A DNA stretch of 64,000 nt from Octopus sinensis. Taxonomy: Eukaryota. This document shows positions 1-14,020 of this stretch, piece by piece. Both the position numbers and the translations under genes were made by a program. The notes under the pieces were generated by a model that did no database searches, was not told the DNA's origin, and saw only the letters and a list, made by a program, of their open reading frames with translations. Positions within the stretch are counted from its first letter, which is position 1. Each line of letters opens with the position of its first letter. Location of the stretch: NCBI RefSeq assembly GCF_006345805.1, contig NC_043002.1:103850001-103914000 (forward strand). The letters are read 5' to 3'.

Positions 1-185
1 GGGGGGGACAAACAAAGACATACAAACATACATGCACACAGTTTCCGTCTACCAAATCCACTCACAAGGCTTGGTCAGCCCGAGGCTATAGTAGAAGACA
101 CTTACCCAAGGTGCCACGCAGTGGGACTGAACCCGGAACCATGGCGTTGGTAAGCAAGCTACTGACCACAGAACCACTCCTGCGC
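1..185 (-). mobile_element. tRNA-derived SINE family A, 5' half, cut by the window edge
   Basis: Minus strand reads GCGCAGGAGTGGTTCTGTGG...GGTTCAGTCCCACTGCGTGGCACCTTGGG...GGATTTGGTAGACGGAAACTG, matching the full copies at 34652 and 60509; A-box- and B-box-like motifs present. Confidence 0.9.
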
Positions 186-205
186 TTATATATTTATACA
201 CACAC

Positions 206-211
206 ATATGC

Positions 212-272
<61 letters not shown>

Positions 273-328
273 TGCATACATATGAACAATTATGTATATA
301 GACAGATTAGTTGATAGATAGATAGATA

Positions 329-398
<70 letters not shown>

Positions 399-410
399 GG
401 ATGGATGGAT
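206..410. repeat. Compound (TA)n/(GATA)n microsatellite
   Basis: Seen directly. Confidence 0.95.
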
Positions 411-661
411 CACCGTGCAAAATCACGGGAGTGGATATACACATCATTTTAAAAAAAGTATATCTGAAATTTATCGTCTTCTTTGAATTTCGTTCACGTT
501 TCACTTTTGTATGAGGTCCGTCTAATTTCTAATTAATTATTAAGCACAATAACTGAATAATCCTCTATTAAAACACACCAAGATATGTTTCAATGCAGCC
601 TATGTAAGCCAAGTTGTAACAAGTACACACACACACACACAGACACATGCACGCACACACA

Positions 662-697
<36 letters not shown>

Positions 698-1659
698 AAT
701 GTGGAGTTGGTTTGGCTTCATTCTGCACCATTCGTGAGTTGTGGAGCAGTTCTTAATGTTAGGAGGTCATCGCTATGGCTACAAGCGATGCGAGCAATGT
801 CCTTCCTCTGTGCCATCTTTTAATACTACAACGCTAGGTCCGCCCATTAAATTAGTGACTTCTAACAAGGGGTTCGTTTCGTCATTTTATAAAAAAAAAA
901 TACAGAATTTTGCTTCTTCTAGAAAGGGAGAAAGCGAAAGCTCGACAGAGGTAGTATAACATAAGTGAGATAAAATGAAACTGGGTAGGAGAAATAGTTA
1001 AAAATGATAAAGAGAATCGAAGGTAGGAGAAAAGAGAGAGAAAGGAAGAGAGAGGGAGTAGGAAACAAACCAAGAAAGAAAATGAGAAAGAAGCGAAGAA
1101 AGAAGGAAAGAAAGAATGGTATAAAGAAATATAGAAGCGTGGAAGCGAAAGTACGGTATATGATATTATGCATCGTGGAAAAGTGTGTGTTTGTGCCTGC
1201 GTGCTGGCGTGAGTGAGTGTTTGTGTGTGTGTATGTGTCCTCACACGAACCGACAAATATACACAGGCAAATATAGAGACTCGCACCCCCCACATAAATA
1301 TACATATTAGTGTGTTAGTATATATATATACATATGTGTATGTGTGTGTGTGTATCTATGTATAATAAATGAGATACAAAGTCACATGACGTAATGCATA
1401 TGATGCCAATGAGAGCGATAACAAAAAATGATGGGACAGTGAAATGTTCATGCCGGTTTCGTTCCCTCATGTGGGGAAGTTCGAATTTGCCTTCCGTTCA
1501 ATAGAGATGGGTCAGTAATGCGTTTGGGTTTCTTTCTCCATTACATTCTCCCAAACTCCAATCCCGCTCCATCCCTATTAACTTTGCCCCTATAAGAGAA
1601 AAGGCAAACAACCAACAAACACAGACACACATATGTATACTTTGATTTATATTTAATAA

Positions 1660-1661
<2 letters not shown>

Positions 1662-1744
<83 letters not shown>

Positions 1745-1804
1745 TAGATAGATAATAGATAGATAGATACATAGAGAAATACATAGACAGACAGATAGAC
1801 AGAC

Positions 1805-1857
<53 letters not shown>

Positions 1858-1896
1858 TAGTTATACATAGACAGATAGATATAGATATACATAGAC

Positions 1897-1952
<56 letters not shown>
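1662..1952. repeat. Compound (TA)n/(GATA)n/(GACA)n microsatellite
   Basis: Seen directly. Confidence 0.95.
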
Positions 1953-1953
<1 letters not shown>

Positions 1954-1964
1954 CGAATGTGCAA

Positions 1965-2250
1965 AGGCGCGTGGCTTTGTAAGGTCGTGAGTTCAATTTC
2001 CGGCAAGGTGCTGTGTCTTGAGCAAGACACTTTATCTCACGTTGCTCCACTCAGCAGGCAAAAATGAGTGGTACCTGTATTTTAAAGGGCCAGCCTTGTC
2101 ACGTTGTGTGTCACGCTGAATCTCCCTCACAATAACACTAAGGGTCCACGTGTCTGTGGAGTGCATAGCCACTTGCACGTCAATTTCATAAGTAAACTAT
2201 TCCGTTGATCGTATCAGCTGGGATCGTCGTTGTCGTAGCCGGTCGAGTGC
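1965..2250 (+). mobile_element. SINE family B (tRNA-like head, CORE-like centre)
   Basis: AGGCGCGTGGC..GAGTTCAATTTCC head, then TCTTGAGCAAGACACTTT...CAGCAGGCAAAAATGAGT; second copy at 56946-57208. Confidence 0.8.
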
Positions 2251-2254
2251 ATCT

Positions 2255-2256
<2 letters not shown>

Positions 2257-2342
<86 letters not shown>

Positions 2343-2344
2343 TA

Positions 2345-2402
<58 letters not shown>

Positions 2403-2545
2403 TATATATACATATATATACATATATATATATATAATATATACATATATACTTATATATATATATATATTTATTCATATATACTTGTATATATATATAT
2501 GTATATATATATGTATATATATATATATGCATATATATATATATA

Positions 2546-2599
<54 letters not shown>

Positions 2600-2605
2600 C
2601 ACATA
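2257..2605. repeat. (CT)n/(TA)n microsatellite
   Basis: Seen directly. Confidence 0.95.
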
Positions 2606-4334
2606 CTTCTACGTACTTTTCAACGTTATTCCCTATTTTGAGTCGCGTTCCGTCTGTCTTCTGCAACAAGGTCGTACTGGGCGCTACACAACCCTCCATG
2701 TGACCGACCAACGTAATTATGCAATGCCATTAACTTATTGCAGTTTGATAACATTCTACCATTCATTTTCTCTATTAATGTATTAAAGGAAACTGCTATA
2801 TCGCATTGAACAGAGTGGCTATAGCTTCACTGTAGCTTCCGTCTATTGCACGGCGACGATATACTTTTCATAATTTACATAAACACAGATGATACACACA
2901 CACACACACACAGAGATATACACACGCAGCCAGACACACAGACACACATATACACACACATACATACACACACACATACACACATGTGTAGATAAATAAA
3001 TATCTGCACACACCTATATATGTAAGCGTATTTATGTGTATGAATGGTGCATTTATATAACTATTTATCTCCCTCACTCATTGTGTGTGTGTGTCTGTGT
3101 TTGTTTGTGTAAGTTAAAAAGCGTGTGAAAAGCACTGAGTATATGGAATAAATTTTATATATCATTGAACCAAGTGGATGATCCCCCCCCCTGCAAAAAA
3201 AAAGAGAGCACCAGTGTAAGGAATTGCACGTGTATATGTCAAAGTAGAATAATTTATGTAAGTATGTCCCTATACGTATCTAAAATTTGATCACCCCTTT
3301 TTTCCCATCGCCTATCAACTTCCGCCGGAATATCCTGCACATCATGCCGTCTCTCCAACAATCCATTCAAAGCGGGTACTGTGTGGGCTGCCTCTTCATT
3401 CATGACTCAAAAATGGTGCCCTAGGAAATTGATTAAAAGCAGTAAAAGGCAAACACAGAACCCACCGCTCCTCACTGTTCGCAACTAGTCAGGTGGTCGG
3501 ATTATTTTCAGATCCACACTGATAAGTCTACATTGGTGTAAAGTAGTGTTAGCCAGCCCTGCTTTTTATCAAAGATAACACATTCTCAACACTTATTAGA
3601 TCTGAAGACCAGGAATTTTTGCCACTACACCTGGAAGTTTTTTCTTCAAGAAACATATAAAGAAACCTGCGCGAGGAGGGACGATTGAATAATATTTTTG
3701 TCTAACAATGACTGCTTTGAAATATCTAACATTTAATTTTATGCCAAAGACTGGGGCACCAAAATCAGTGAAAAAATATAGTATGGCTCTAATGATGATG
3801 CTCCATGTTACTGAATGACATTAAGTCAGATGAGTTTTGGACATTTTGAGGCGCTTTTATTTTCTGAAATATTTATTAATTGAACGGAATAAAGAAAGAT
3901 GCTGATAGCAATAGCCTTTACAATTACAATAGGAGAGTCTCATGTAATGTATGTTACTGTGATGTAGGGACACTTTGGAAGTTCGACATACGATTGACGT
4001 GAAGAGAATCCCTTGACCGGCCGTTACATTAAATGTAACGGTTACAATTTTGATGTGCGCACTTTAATTCTTGATGTAGGCCCCGAGGATTTAACAGATA
4101 TTGCCCTCGAACGAATGCTGTATTCTAAACCTTTAAAATTTTATTTAAATAAAGATATAAAGTATTCTCCGTAGAGAAAACTAAAGCAGATTTTCATATT
4201 TCCTTGGGTCCAAATCTAATGTGGTGCTGTGTTTCGAGTATATTACGCGCTGAATCTCGCCCAGTTTGCTCACCATTATGGTAATTATATTGTATGTAGG
4301 CATATATGAAAATACATATGTATGTGTAAATAAA

Positions 4335-4444
4335 TACATACACACGTAAACGTACATACATACATGCATATGTGCATACATACATACATACATACATACA
4401 TACATACATACATACATACATACATACATACATACATACGTACA

Positions 4445-4474
<30 letters not shown>
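4335..4474. repeat. (CATA)n microsatellite
   Basis: Seen directly. Confidence 0.95.
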
Positions 4475-4475
<1 letters not shown>

Positions 4476-4699
4476 TAGCAACTGTTCTGGCCAGTCCGAT
4501 ACTCGGATGGGTGTCATTGCTGCACATATGAAGATAACACTACAAAATATTGGGGAAGTTGAGATAAAAGAGTGCCGTGACATTACAACAGGATATTTCT
4601 AGAGTGGTGTTTTAAGCATTAAATTTACTGCAAGATGCGTATAGAACCGATGCCTACGTCATAACATATTTCTATAAACACGGCGCTGTAACGATACAC

Positions 4700-7600
4700 A
4701 CAGAAAAATATATGTAACGCTTGAAGACATTTCACGAAAAAGACAAGTTTCGTTCAATGGACACGTTTAAACAGAATTGTAGGATGAAAAACAAATTGAA
4801 AGGAAAGATTAGCTCAGCTGTGAACAACTTGAAATTTAATTCAGGCAACACTTTATCGAATATTTTGAAGAAGATCATTCTCTATTTTGAAAAACAAATA
4901 CAAGTTTCAGGAAATAGAGAAAATCGTCGTGGTTAAACGTATAAGTATCTTTCGACAAAGTCACTGTACACAATGGAGCTATGATCTTAACAATGATTTA
5001 TCTGAAAAATATATATACAATCTGACCCCTAAAAGTTCGGTTTTATGCAAAGGCTAAAAATGTTCGGGAACTCCAAACACCCAGAATTAGATTTATCTCC
5101 AAAATATTTAAACGAAACATCAAAACGTGTATTAGATGTAAAGTGATACATCTCACAGAAATAACTGATTCAAAATGGGTTGGCATCATAAAGCCAGCCA
5201 TTGAAGATTTATAATCGACTTCCACTGAGGGAAAGACAGAACGGTCAGCTAAATCTGGACACCAAATACTTAACAGTAATCCATATATATACGGTACAAA
5301 CAGAACACCGGGAACATGTGGACACCTTGTTAAATGATCTGGAGGGATACCTTTCGAAGGTCCCGAACCTTAGTTAAGTAACAGACCATATATCCATAAA
5401 TAAAGAACTCAGCAAATTAGAATTAGAAGCAGTAAAAGAATTACCAAACAAATATCTGATGACCACAGAGTCCACAGGTATGTAAAGTAACTACAAAACC
5501 ATTATGGGTATTCAGGCAGAAAGCGTTAACCAGCAAAGGAACGTAACGTCGAAACGAAAAGTTTATTTCTGTGAAAAAGTATACAGATTGTTATAGTTAT
5601 GAAATGTAACGCGAAGAAATTCACATGCCAGGAGGAGGACCTCAGAAAACAAATGTACTATAGGGGCCATTTCATGATACAGGATTCCATAACTTGAACT
5701 CCAAACTGTATCAGCTGAAACAACTCAAAGCTGCAGCTGAAAAGCTGAAATATGAATCTACAGTTTATAAACAGCAAATACTTAATGAATGTTTTGCCAG
5801 AGATCCCCAGTCAGCTTTTAGCTTCCTCAGTGTGAGAAGTTCCATCTGTATACCCCCCCCCCAAAAAAAAAAAAACAGATCCGGTTGAGAGCCACCGGAG
5901 ATTTGTATAAGATACAAATGATGAATTCCATAAATAGGCTCTACAGCTAAAAGACTTGGAGCCGGACGAATGCCTGCAAGTCCGGCAAAAACAAAATCAA
6001 GGACGCAGCAAATTACAGGAAACAGTTCTAAAGAAGATATCAAAGAGGAAATGCCCAAACCCAGACTTCATAAGAGGTTATTTGCTGGGGACTCTTCTCT
6101 TTTATCAGCGAGATATCATACTATTGTATGGAGAAAATATCAAGGACACACGTAAAGTTCTCCCACGCTTACCATATGCAATTTCTCTCCTCATTCTAAA
6201 CAATATCGAAATCCCCCTTGCTAAAATTTAAAAAAAAAACCCGCTCAACAGCCTGTCTGAACATCGTGGAGGAGATTTTATAATGAGTGCCTTAGTCTGC
6301 ACCAACAACAATTAACACCTGAGCAACCTGGAGAGAAAAATAGGGGCTGTATAGATCAGCTGGTAATTAATAAAATGATCCAGGTAAAAGACAAGAAAAA
6401 GATCACAGGAACTTAACCGTAGTGTGACCGGTCTATCAGAAAGATTTTGATAGCATTCCACACGAATGGATTAGCAAGGCTTTAGTGTTAGACAAAATCC
6501 TTCAACCACCAGTGAGTTATATTGAACACCAGACCAAGACTTGCTACACCACTGTGCTCCTTTGGAGTGATAGGACGTTGGATAGTTTTCGGTAGCAAAA
6601 AGGTAACTTTCAGGTATTTTGTCTTCTCGTTATATCCACTATCAGACCTGCTGACTAAATTATGGTAACCATAGAAATAGATCCAGAATTATTTCCCCTG
6701 TTTTCTTTGTTGACGATCTGAAAGTGTATGGGTCAAATATCAACGACCTGGGAAAATAAACTGAATTTTATAACCCAATTTTCTACAGATTCAGGGATAG
6801 AATTTGGTGGTTCTAAATGTGCGTAGGAAAAATTTTGCCCTCCTCTGAAGACCTAAAAGTGAACGGCTTGACAGTACAACCCCTACAGTGTAGTGACAAT
6901 TATAAGTAACTTCGAAAAGATGAGAACGTCAAGTTTGATTGACCGTTAAGCAAAAAGAGGACCAGGAATGAATACTTCAAGAGAATAAAGAAAATATGGT
7001 CATCAAAGCCGTCAGCATACAACGAGCATATTGGCCGCAGCGCCTTTGCAATGCCTGTACTCACACGTACACTTGTCGTTCTGAACTGGTTATTATAAGA
7101 CCTCAATGAGTTAGAGCTTCGAACTCGCAAGCTGCTCAGTGTTACGGGAAATGTCAGCATCAATGCATATGGAAACAAGCTATAATTCACGCGCAAGGAT
7201 TATGGCCGTAGTTTCAAATCTGTACTGATGTCATATAAACAACATCTTTTCTAGGGGAAAGAGAACAGTAATAATATTGACCAAGTTTATGAGCGAGAAA
7301 TCAAAAACATGATTACTATAGTTAATGAATTTAAGGTGAGGCATGCAATAAGAGTTAATACAGATCTCTCCTCGAGGAGTATCAGTTTATCAGAAGCAGA
7401 GAATAAAAGGAAAAAGTGGATTAGTTCACTGGGAAGATAGTAAATGGGTATTTGGCATGTTGAATATGACTCGTAGAAGGGACTCATCACGTCAAGAGCT
7501 TCACATGGAATATCGATGAATTTATGGCACCCCATTTCGAAGCTTTCCTCCAGCATTCAAGTACAACACATTACCGCTAAGTACCTGCAACATAAAAGGT

Positions 7601-7775
7601 AGAAAACGCTGACAGACAACAAATGAAGGCAGTAGAAGACCAAGAAAGAAGATATCATCCACATTATTGCTAACTGCAAAGGTATGTTTTTCAGATATTA
7701 TCTTCCTATGAAGCACAATATGGTGGCCAGAACAATCTGGAACAGGATAAGGAAAAAGTACCCAAGTACCCAAGT
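4700..7775 (+). mobile_element. Heavily decayed R4/Dong-clade (RLE-type) non-LTR retrotransposon; 5' limit uncertain
   Basis: Manual translation gives RT and C-terminal motifs in the expected order: PNPDFIRGY (~6055), CIDQLVINKMI (~6347), YQKDFDSIPHEWI (~6434), FFVDDLKVYG (~6703), GIEFGGSKCA (~6793), EYFKRIKKIWSSK (~6970), FAMPVLT (~7045) and the zinc knuckle DIIHIIANCKGM..YYLPMKHNMVART (~7651). Many stops and frameshifts; endonuclease domain missing. Confidence 0.85.
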
Positions 7776-7789
7776 ACCCAAATGCTAAT

Positions 7790-8112
7790 TATTTTATCGA
7801 CCCCGAAAGGATGAAAGGCAAATTCGACTCCCGCACGATTTGAAATCTGGATGAAAAATAGGAAATGCTGCTATTTTCGTGCGTAGTTACAATTTTGCCA
7901 GGTCACCACAAGAATAAGAATAAAATAATGGCTTCGTATTTTGCCACAAGAGTTGCGTGTTCGAGGGAGGGTGCATGGCAATTACATCGGCCCCAGTGTT
8001 CCACTGGTATTTATTTTATCGAACCTGAAAGGATTGAACCAAAGTTGACCTCGTCAGCATTTGAATCCAAAACGTAAAGACGGACGAATGATTCTACCAC
8101 TTCGCCATCTTA
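7790..8112 (-). mobile_element. Two tandem decayed copies of SINE family D
   Basis: TTTTATCGACCCCGAAAGGATGAAAGGCAAA (7792) and TTTTATCGAACCTGAAAGGATTGAACCAAA (8014) are reverse complements of the family D centre seen at 23300 and 26500. Confidence 0.75.
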
Positions 8113-8409
8113 ATGATAATAAATTATTGCAAAGAAATTGAATTATCATAGAATATTTGCACAAAATTACGAAAAGCTTTTATAGACCGCCGGTAGTTAT
8201 CTATAAAGATCATATCATCTCATTATACCGCCTTGCCTGTTATACCTAATTCACACCTGATCTATGTCTTACATTACTTCAAGACCGTATTGTCTTTAAG
8301 AAATGTTTTTAAAGAATTATCTCAGTGAATATATTTTCCTGGAAGGATGAAAGGTATGTTAAAAAAGTTTCACCTGCTTAGCAGCTCTGTACAATAAGTG
8401 TAAGACAAA

Positions 8410-8600
8410 ATCTCCAAAGATTTGGTACGCCAGCCTGGTGGTAGATCACCGTTCCACAAATCATCATAGGGAATTTATCGAGGCGAGAGAGATGAAATGG
8501 AAATTTGACTGAGGCGAGATCTGAACTCAGAGCGTAAAGAATAGGAACAAAATACCAGAAGGCATTTTCTCGGATGTTTCCCTGATTTCTCCTCCGCCTA
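8410..8600 (-). mobile_element. SINE family D, decayed
   Basis: GATGAAATGGAAATTTGACTGAGGCGAGATCTGAACTCAGAGCGTAAAG...CTCCGCCT, matching the family D head on the minus strand. Confidence 0.6.
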
Positions 8601-9699
8601 TTTGTTAACAATAATAAAGAGAATCCACCGTATTTGAACAAGAAGAAAATTGTATGACATTAGTAACGATCAATTTCGGTAAAACCAATCCTAAATTACT
8701 TGGGAAAAAAAGTATATAAATGCCAATACTACAATAACAGACGATGATTTTTCTATTAACAACCAAAGAACATTCACTTATCTTTCGAGAGCTAGCATAA
8801 AGAAAATAAAGAAAATAATAATTGTTAACTTTGGTGTACTCAATTCCCTGAAATCAATGGCTGATATCGTGTATTCTAGTTTATAATACTCTGCTATATT
8901 TTTTAAAACACAAACGACATATTGAAGCGAAAGAAAACCTTGATAAAATAAGCTTATTGATTGTAATATCAGAATATCTTCTGTACTACTATCGTAATCA
9001 CATCACTGTTCCAAATCTATTCTGAACGTCTTATATATTGAATTTTTCAAATCGATAATCCGAAATAAACCAGTCATTAAGACAAGCAACAAGCTAGAAT
9101 GCGACGATATAAACGCGCGTTTCAAAGAAATTTCGCCAACGACTTCACTTGACCTATTCTGATAAATAAAGTTCACTGCGCAAATGAAAGATTGCTATTG
9201 TGCCCGTTAGATGGCGCTGACAAATGGAAACAATTTTCCAGTCACTTTTCGAAGACGCTAAAATGACAATCTCTTGTGCCTTGAAATGATATCAAGGTCG
9301 GGACAAGGTCAGAAAGGAAACGATAGCGACTCCTAACATTCTTCAATCTATCTTACATACATATATGCATACACACATTTATATATATATTGTGTTCTTT
9401 TATTCTCTCGCCTATTTTCCGTTTCTTTCTTTATTCCATTCTTTTCTATTTTCGTTCTTTCATTCCTTTGGGTCTTTTCCACCATTGTTTCTTTCGTCTT
9501 TGTTCATTTGCCGTTATTCATGTTCCGTTTTTCGTTCTCCGCCTTTAGCTATTTATCTTTCTATCTATCTATCTACTATTCATACATATACACATACAGT
9601 CATAGTCCCAAACGCATACAGTCATACACAGATATAAATATAAATCTATGAATAACGCGAATATATGCATGCATGCACACACAAAAGTAATTTCATGCA

Positions 9700-9725
9700 T
9701 GCAAACATCACCCATGCATGCATAT

Positions 9726-9756
<31 letters not shown>

Positions 9757-9966
9757 CTTATATACATATATACATACATACATGCATACATACATATATA
9801 CATACATGCATACATACATACGTACATATATACATACATACATGCATACATACATGCATATATACATACATGCATACATACATATATACATACATACACA
9901 TACATACACACATACATTCAAACATACACATACATACATACAGACACATACATACATACGTACATG

Positions 9967-9998
<32 letters not shown>

Positions 9999-10236
9999 CA
10001 TACATGCATACATACATACATACATATATACATACATACATGCATACATACATGCATATATATATACATAAATACATACATGCATACATACATATATATA
10101 CATACACATACATACATACATACATGCATACATACATTCATCCATACATACGTACATGCATACATACATACATACATACATACATACATACATACATACA
10201 TACGTGCATGCATACATACATACCTACATACATACA
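9700..10236. repeat. Imperfect (CATA)n/(CATG) array
   Basis: Seen directly; source of the HTYI/MYVC ORFs. Confidence 0.95.
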
Positions 10237-10704
10237 TGGCTTGTAGTATTGCAACTAATCTGAGATGGATATCTCTGTCCATCTTCATATGTTTGCTTAC
10301 GTATTTCAATGAATTTGTGTGTCTTTGAGTCTGCGATGGCGATGGAGAAGGGAGGGGGTTGCCATTTTCTCTTCAGATACGTATTCTACATCATTACCTG
10401 AAGAACGCCAGTCACATATATTTTATGTGTCACTAAGGGATATTTTCAGGTCTTGTGGATAAAAGCCACTCATTGTTTTTCAAAATATATGCTGTACTTC
10501 ATGTAATCTGTGTCTTTCTCTATAGGCATGCACGAATGAACATTGACACGCACATGCATTCATTTATATAGACACACACTCACGCATTTTATCATAGAGT
10601 CCGGTAAGGATAAGTCAACGTAATGTAAGATTCCTACGCATCTTAGACCAAATATATCAACGCTAACAGTTCCGAAAATATATTATATATATGACATTTT
10701 TTTT

Positions 10705-10920
10705 ATCACTTACTTCTTTCAGTCATTAGACAGAGGCCACGCTGGGACACAGCCTTGAAGAAATTTAGTCGAAAGAATTGACCCCACATCTTGTTTTGGG
10801 GGCCGGGTACTTCTTCGAACATTCTCTTCTACCGAACCGTTAATTTACGGCGACGTAAACATACCAACATTGGTTGTCTAGCGGTGGTAGAGGACAAAAT
10901 ACTGATACAAAGACACCACC
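10705..10920 (-). mobile_element. SINE family A, diverged 3' half
   Basis: TTTCAGTCATT..GGCCACGCTGGGAC..ACCGAACCGTTAATTTACGGCGACGTAAACATACCAACATTGGTTGTC. Confidence 0.75.
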
Positions 10921-12569
10921 TCATACATTGAAGAAATATCACATTCTCTCGATATCCTTCTCCAAATTGACTCTAATGTACACCCTTGTTCTCTCGATAT
11001 TCAAAATTTGTTGTTTATCTGGGTTATTTGGTTAAAAGAAAATCCATGTTCAATGAATAAAAGGAGATATTGTTTCGTTTTTAGACACCATTTTGTCCTA
11101 ACCTTTGCGGACGGTCGCGGCAGCGCGATTTGCGATCCAGCAGAATCTTAGATTGATGTCAAAAAAGTATTATCAAAGTTCTATCCATGATAAGCGTACC
11201 GTGGCTCAAAATTAATCGTACCTTGTTAACCGGATCGAAGACTACTGAATCTGTGGAAACGAGGATTAATTACTCATATTTTCAAATCATTAATATTCTT
11301 AACTCATTTCCGTTTATTCTAACAACAAACACGGTCCTTATTCATATTTTAAAGTACATAAATTAGTGCACTAGTCATGCTTTTTCTCTACAATAGTCCA
11401 AGTAAATTATTGTTTCTCGCTAATATTCCACGAAAATTGTGCGTTTGTGCGTGCTTCCACATAACTTAGAACCAACGCATATAGGAAAAAACTTATTTGC
11501 ATACACGGCTTTCAAAAAAAAAACTTTAAATTTTTAATGGAAGAAGGTAAACAATTATATTATAAAATCTTGAATATTAGACACATAAAATGGCGAGCAA
11601 CTACTTTGGTGGTCGATATGAAATTTCGGCGATGATTTGAAGGAAGATATTTGCGCATAATAAGAGCAGGGAAAATTAGACAGGGTATTTCTCCAAAGGG
11701 TGTATACTGTCACTGATTGGTGGCGCACAGAAATTTAACCCATAATAAAATATCGAAAACGCTTCACGTATATTTTATTGATTTTCTCGTCTGATCAATG
11801 TTTATTAAGCTCAGCGTGAATCTGTAAGTTTCGATTTGTTATCATGAAGAGCTTACGCCATTTTCTGTATATCTTGTTTTGTTATAAGTAGTGGGGGTTT
11901 TACTGTTGTTACTCTAACACGTGTAACTTATATTTAAGGGAATTTAGACTCGTTTCACAAGCACATAACATGAAACCGCATAGCACTAGAGATGTGGTAT
12001 TTTTTTACTTTAGTTCAAAAGCTTCGTTTTCAACTATTTCAAATGATACCAACAAAATAACAAGTCTGAAACCGATGGAAAGTAGTGGAATAGCGACCTT
12101 ATTTTCTGTAAGACCTGTCGTAAATTTAACTATACAACGGAGCACCTGTGTGAGTGTGTGTGTATTACTGAGTGTGCGTGTGTGACTGATATGGTTCTAG
12201 GTGGAAAAGGTTTGCGTGTGTTTTTGGATAAAGTGACGATTTAGTTTTCGTTTTTCTTTCATAATCTCTCTTCACAGGTTAAATATTTTTCGACATTAGA
12301 ATTATTTCGTGACAGAAAAACTGACCGGCACTTAATAATTATCACACACATGCACACACACATATACACATACAGAGACGCACACACGTTCACACACACA
12401 CACATACAGAGACGCACACACGTTCACACACACACACACATACATACATATATATATATATATATAATAATAAATATTAGGGAATAAATCCAAATTTACA
12501 GGGAAAAAAATCAGATTTAGGATTAAATCCAATTTTATTAAAATTTTATGTATTGATTAAGTCTTTCCT

Positions 12570-12610
12570 TGTTTGCTTTGCAAAATAGTGGTTTTGTCTC
12601 TAATTAATAT
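12570..12610 (+). mobile_element. 3' tail fragment of the same short element family as 45020-45215, abutting (TA)n
   Basis: AATAGTGGTTTTGTCTCTAATT is the near-exact reverse complement of AATTAGAGATAAAACCACTATT at 45025. Confidence 0.55.
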
Positions 12611-12646
12611 TATATATATAATATATATATATATATAATATATATA

Positions 12647-12679
<33 letters not shown>

Positions 12680-13014
12680 AGTATATATATATATATGCAT
12701 ACTAATATAAGCATTTTTGTGTGTGTATGGGTGGGAAATTTTACCTCACTCACCCCCACCGCGTTTCTCATATGCTCTTTGACTGGGAGTCAAGTTTGAG
12801 GTGGCGACTGACTGTTTGTATTTGCTCACATATACATAGACACTTAAAATAAGAAACGAAACTATGGTAATATCTGCGAGCGATGGCTAATCCGAGCTTT
12901 CTACAAATATTTGTATACGCAGACACGACAGAAGTAAATACATTAAAATTCATTTAAATCTGAAATTATATGTTTAAATCATTTATTAATTGTTATAATG
13001 TGAATATTGAAAAC

Positions 13015-14020
13015 TTAGTAGACTTGCCCTTTTGCATTTCTCAATGCAAGGACCCGATTAGACATGTTACTTATCAGATGACGAATATTCTGTTGCAGAA
13101 TTTCTTGCCATGTTTCATGCAGTAATCTCGAAAGATCTGTCTTTGAAGATACTTTTTTGTTGTTTTTATGAAGTGCCCTGTCTATTGTGTCCCAGAGGAT
13201 TTCAATAGGTATCTGATGACTGACTTGGCCATGGAAGCTTTTTAACGCAATTCTCATTCAACAAATCTTGGGTAATTTTAGCCGTGTGACAGAGAGTCTC
13301 ATCTTCAATAAATAAAGAGTCTTCTTTAATCTCTCCATAACTGGAGAAAATTGGAAGGAGTCCTTTCTGAAATATGGATACTTATTTATCTGAGTTTATG
13401 TTTCCCTCACATTCCACCAACTCTGATCAACAATTTCTCTAAATTGTTCCCCAGAACATCACAGAATAGCTGCCGTGTTTCATTGTTGGCCGTAATCTTT
13501 TCGCATCAAATTCTTGAACACAAAGTCTCCAGACCCACACTAGACAACTGTTAGGAAATACAGCAAGTCTGGACTCATCGGAGAATATGACAGTGTCCCA
13601 AACTGGTAGTGGCCTCTCTACTATTTCACTGTCCCCATCTTTACGCTTGATGCTGGGTGGTCGAAGAAGTGGCTTCCTTCTTGCTGCTCTGCTATAGTAA
13701 CCAAGTTCGTGGAGATATCTGACAGTTGTTCTGGGACTGCCATCAACTTGTTCTGGTATGTCAGAAGACTTGCATTGATGATTATCCTCAACGCTTCTCT
13801 TAACAAAGAGAATGGTCCTGTTAGAGAGCCCTTGCTGATGTGGGCAAGGTGATGTGGACACCTTCCCCTCGCTGGTAGATTGCACAATCAATCTATTGGC
13901 TGTAGAATTCGGTTCCCAAGGTATTTTGCGATTTTACGCTTCAGAATAACCTTCAGAATAACCCCCAATACGACCCCTTTGAAGATCACACAGCTCCAAG
14001 GCTTCTTTTGTACGTGGCAT
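13015..14020 (-). mobile_element. Tc1-like (DD34E) transposase pseudogene
   Basis: MPRTKEALELCDLQRGRIGG N-terminus, AARRKPLL, WDTVIFSDESR (first D), TMKHGSYSVMFWG, FIEDETLCHTAK (second D), WPSQS..PIEILW (E), C-terminal LISNMSNRVLALRNAKG; frameshifted. Confidence 0.92.

Noticed and set aside
3300-4180. Unique-looking stretch with faint resemblance to a decayed transposase N-terminus
   Set aside because: Only short open segments and no diagnostic motif that can be supported
9646-10328. Long ORFs rich in HTYI/MYVC (also 16738-17586, 31501-32756 and many others)
   Set aside because: They are translations of microsatellites that lack stop codons, open in several frames on both strands
11587-11725. 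YY1-like AAAATGGCG and CCAAT-box words; also CRE TGACGTCA at 50436
   Set aside because: Isolated short motifs expected by chance in 64 kb
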